The notes under the pieces were generated by a model. The model made no database searches and was not told the DNA's origin. It worked only from the letters and a program-made list of their open reading frames with translations. This document shows positions 61,621 to 64,000 of a stretch of DNA of 64,000 nucleotides, piece after piece; the first letter of the stretch is position 1; every line of letters starts with the position of its first letter. This DNA is from Camelus dromedarius (lineage: Eukaryota): positions 107,386,001-107,450,000 of the forward strand of contig NC_087436.1 of assembly GCF_036321535.1 (NCBI RefSeq). Reading direction: 5' to 3'. The position numbers and the translations under genes were made by a program.

Positions 61621-62555
61621 TGTACCATTCAGGTTTTGTTCAAAGAAACAGAATTACTAGAGGGAGATACAGATACAGATGCAGACAGACACAGACATAG
61701 ATATGGGTATATAGATAGATGATTCATTCCAGACGTGTAATCTTACACAGTTGTAGAAGCAGAGTAGACCATCTAAGTGAGGTTGTTGACTCTGTGTCTG
61801 CTGCTATAGCCCAAGTCAACAATGTCGGCTGTCTAGAAGAGGAGATAAACGTGAAATAGGGAAGTAAGACACGTAGGAAACTTTTAGGCCGAGGGGAATC
61901 CATGAGATGTTCTGAAACCCACATTGGTCTTACACTGTCTCCAAGCCTCCGGTATCAATGACAGGGGTATTCCTGCTGGATAAGGTGCTTCCTTCATCAC
62001 TTTTTACAGACTGCATAATATCCCTTGGATATATATGCCGCATTGTCTTTATCCATTCATCCATTGATGGACACTTCAGCTAAACACACACCTGCTCCAA
62101 GAGTCAGCAAGACTGAAGAGATACAGAAGTCGCTGGAGGTGAAGCAGATCTGGCAAATTCCCATGCCAGAGGGTCAACCTACAAATCCTTAGCAACGTGT
62201 ATGACCTACAACAGTGCCGGGTGCCCTGAACTTAGTGTTGCCAAATTTAGCAAATAAAAATACAGAGTGCCCAGTTAAATTTGAAGTTCAGATTATGAGC
62301 AAATACTTTTTAGGTATAAATGTATACCAAATATTGCATACAAATCCCTTTTTAATATAAGTATGTCCCCTGCAGTATCAGGACTTATTTATATCAAAAA
62401 ATTATTTTTGTTTATCTGAATTCAAACTTAATTGGGCACCCTGTATTTCACTGGCAATCCTACTTGCCCTGGCATTCAACGTATAAAAAGACTGATTGCT
62501 ACTTTATTTTACCCTCCAAATCACACACAAAAATTCTCTTGTAGGTAAATCAAAA
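61621..62555 (-). mobile_element. old ERVL LTR (MLT2-like), interrupted
   Basis: tgtaccattcaggttttgttcaaagaaacagaattactaga followed by a simple-repeat tract is typical of MLT2; the right boundary is uncertain. Confidence 0.5.
62233..62462. mobile_element. MER53 palindromic MITE (hAT)
   Basis: gttgccaaatttagcaaataaaaatacagagtgcccagttaaatttgaa ... ttcaaacttaattgggcaccctgtatttcactggcaatccta; long inverted arms. Confidence 0.85.
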
Positions 62556-62699
62556 CTGCAGTGAGTATACCCCCTCAAACCCAACTAAAGAATGGAAAAT
62601 AACCAATACTGGTGATGATGCAGAGAAATCAGAACCCTTGCGCCCTTTTGAGAATGTAAAATAGTGTAGCTGCTATGAACACAGTATGGAGGTTCCTCA

Positions 62700-62927
62700 G
62701 GGGGTGGGAAGAGATAGACTGGGATTTCAAAATTGTAGAATAGATAAACAAGATTATACTGTATAGCACAGGGAAATATATACAAGATCTTATGGTAGCT
62801 CACAGAGAAAAAAATGTGACCTTGAGTGTGTATATGTCCATGTATGACTGAAAATTTGTGCTGAACACTGGAATTTGACACAACATTGTAAAATGATTAT
62901 AAATCAATAAAAAATGTAAAAAAAAAA
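62700..62927 (+). mobile_element. young L1 3' end nested in L1MB
   Basis: gggggtgggaagagatagactggg...tagcacagggaaatatatacaagatcttatgg...aatcaataaaaaatg plus A tail. Confidence 0.9.
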
Positions 62928-63419
62928 TTTAAAAATAGAACTACTATATGATCCAGCAATCCCATTTCTGGGTATATATCAAAAAAAAAAAAAATCAAAA
63001 GCAAGTTCGCAAAAAAATAGTTGCACACACATGTTGATTGCAGCACTATTCACAATAGCCAAGAGGCAGAAGCAACCCAAGTGTCCATCAATATATGAGC
63101 AGATAAAGAAATGTGTCATATACATACAAGGGAACATTATGCACTCTTAAAAAAGAAAATGCTATCACATGCTACAACATGGATGAATCTCAAGGACATT
63201 ATGCTAAGTGAACTAAGTCAGTCACAGAAGAACAAATACTGCATGATTCCACTCATCCAAGGTGTCTAAAGTAACCAAATTCATAGAAAAAGAACGTAGA
63301 CAGGTAATTGCCAAGGACTGAGGGTGGGGAGTGGGGAGATTAGTGTTTAATGGGCCTAGAGCTTCAGTTTTGCAAGAGGATAAAGTTCTAGAGATCTGCT
63401 ACACAACAAGGTGAATATA

Positions 63420-63901
63420 TAGACGGTCCCACTGGCTTGACTTAATGATTTTTCAACTTTATGACAGTGTGAAAGTGATATGCATTCAGCAGATCCCACA
63501 TCTGAATTTTGACTTTGATCTTTCCCTGGGCTGGGATATGCCTTATGATCCTCTCTCATGACTCCGGGCAGCAGTAGCTGAAGCCCCCCATCAGCCACGA
63601 TCATGAGAATAAACAACCGATGCTCTTCCAATCATGCTGTGCCCACACAAACATTCCGGTTCTCACTTTCAGTACAATAGTAGTTTCAGTACATTACATG
63701 AGCTATTCAACACTTTATAACAAAATAGGCTCTATGTTAGATGATTTTGCCCAACTATAGGCTAAGGTCAGTGTTCTGAGCACGTTTAAGGAAGGCTAGG
63801 CTAAGCTGTGATGTTCATTAGGTTGGGTGTATTAAATGCATTTTCGACTTAGAATAGGGCTTATGGGGACATAACCCCATTTTTAAGTGGGGAAAGATCT
63901 G
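63420..63901 (-). mobile_element. Tigger5/MER47-type DNA transposon nested in L1MB
   Basis: ttagatgattttgcccaactataggctaa...gttctgagcacgtttaaggaaggctaggctaagc...aaatgcattttcgactta; TA on both flanks. Confidence 0.85.
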
Positions 63902-64000
63902 TATTTACCAGTGCTGAACTGTACACTTCATAAAGTTTAAGATGGTAAATTTAAAGTTATGTATTTATAACCACAATTAAAAATAAAATAAAAATGTAAG

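Larger units (their letters stand above)
62555..64000 (+). mobile_element. L1MB-type ORF2 end plus 3' UTR (host of two insertions)
   Basis: cagtatggaggttcctca..aaaaatagaactactatatgatccagcaatcccatttctggg...gaactgtacactt...gatggtaaattt. Confidence 0.9.

Noticed and set aside
62000..62078. Short antisense L1 fragment inside the MLT2-like region
   Set aside because: It is real L1 similarity, but without TSD or tail I cannot infer a mechanism.
1..64000. CRISPR arrays, rRNA, operons or an intact host gene
   Set aside because: None seen; the window looks like eukaryotic intronic or intergenic DNA.

Overview
Mammalian non-coding genomic DNA, very probably camelid (Camelus/Vicugna/Lama). The taxon call rests on six tRNA-derived SINEs of the Vic-1 type and several young L1 3' ends. 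A large share of the window is interspersed repeat: MIR, L2, old and young L1, MaLR/ERVL/ERV1 solo LTRs, and hAT and Tc1/mariner fossils, often nested and often with readable target-site duplications (TSDs). I recognise no host protein-coding gene; the ORFs in the track are chance frames or L1 ORF2 remnants. I found no convincing previously undescribed biological system. The best leads are (i) an L1 whose 5' UTR is joined directly to the RT domain, (ii) two tailless internal L1 ORF2 fragments flanked by TSDs, (iii) twin-priming L1 inversions, (iv) a small CpG cluster near 31.9 kb, (v) a homeodomain/Onecut motif cluster near 54.7 kb, and (vi) a possible chain of small exons at 50.4-50.8 kb. Repeat family names are from memory of consensus sequences and boundaries are approximate. 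RepeatMasker/Dfam should be run to confirm both.
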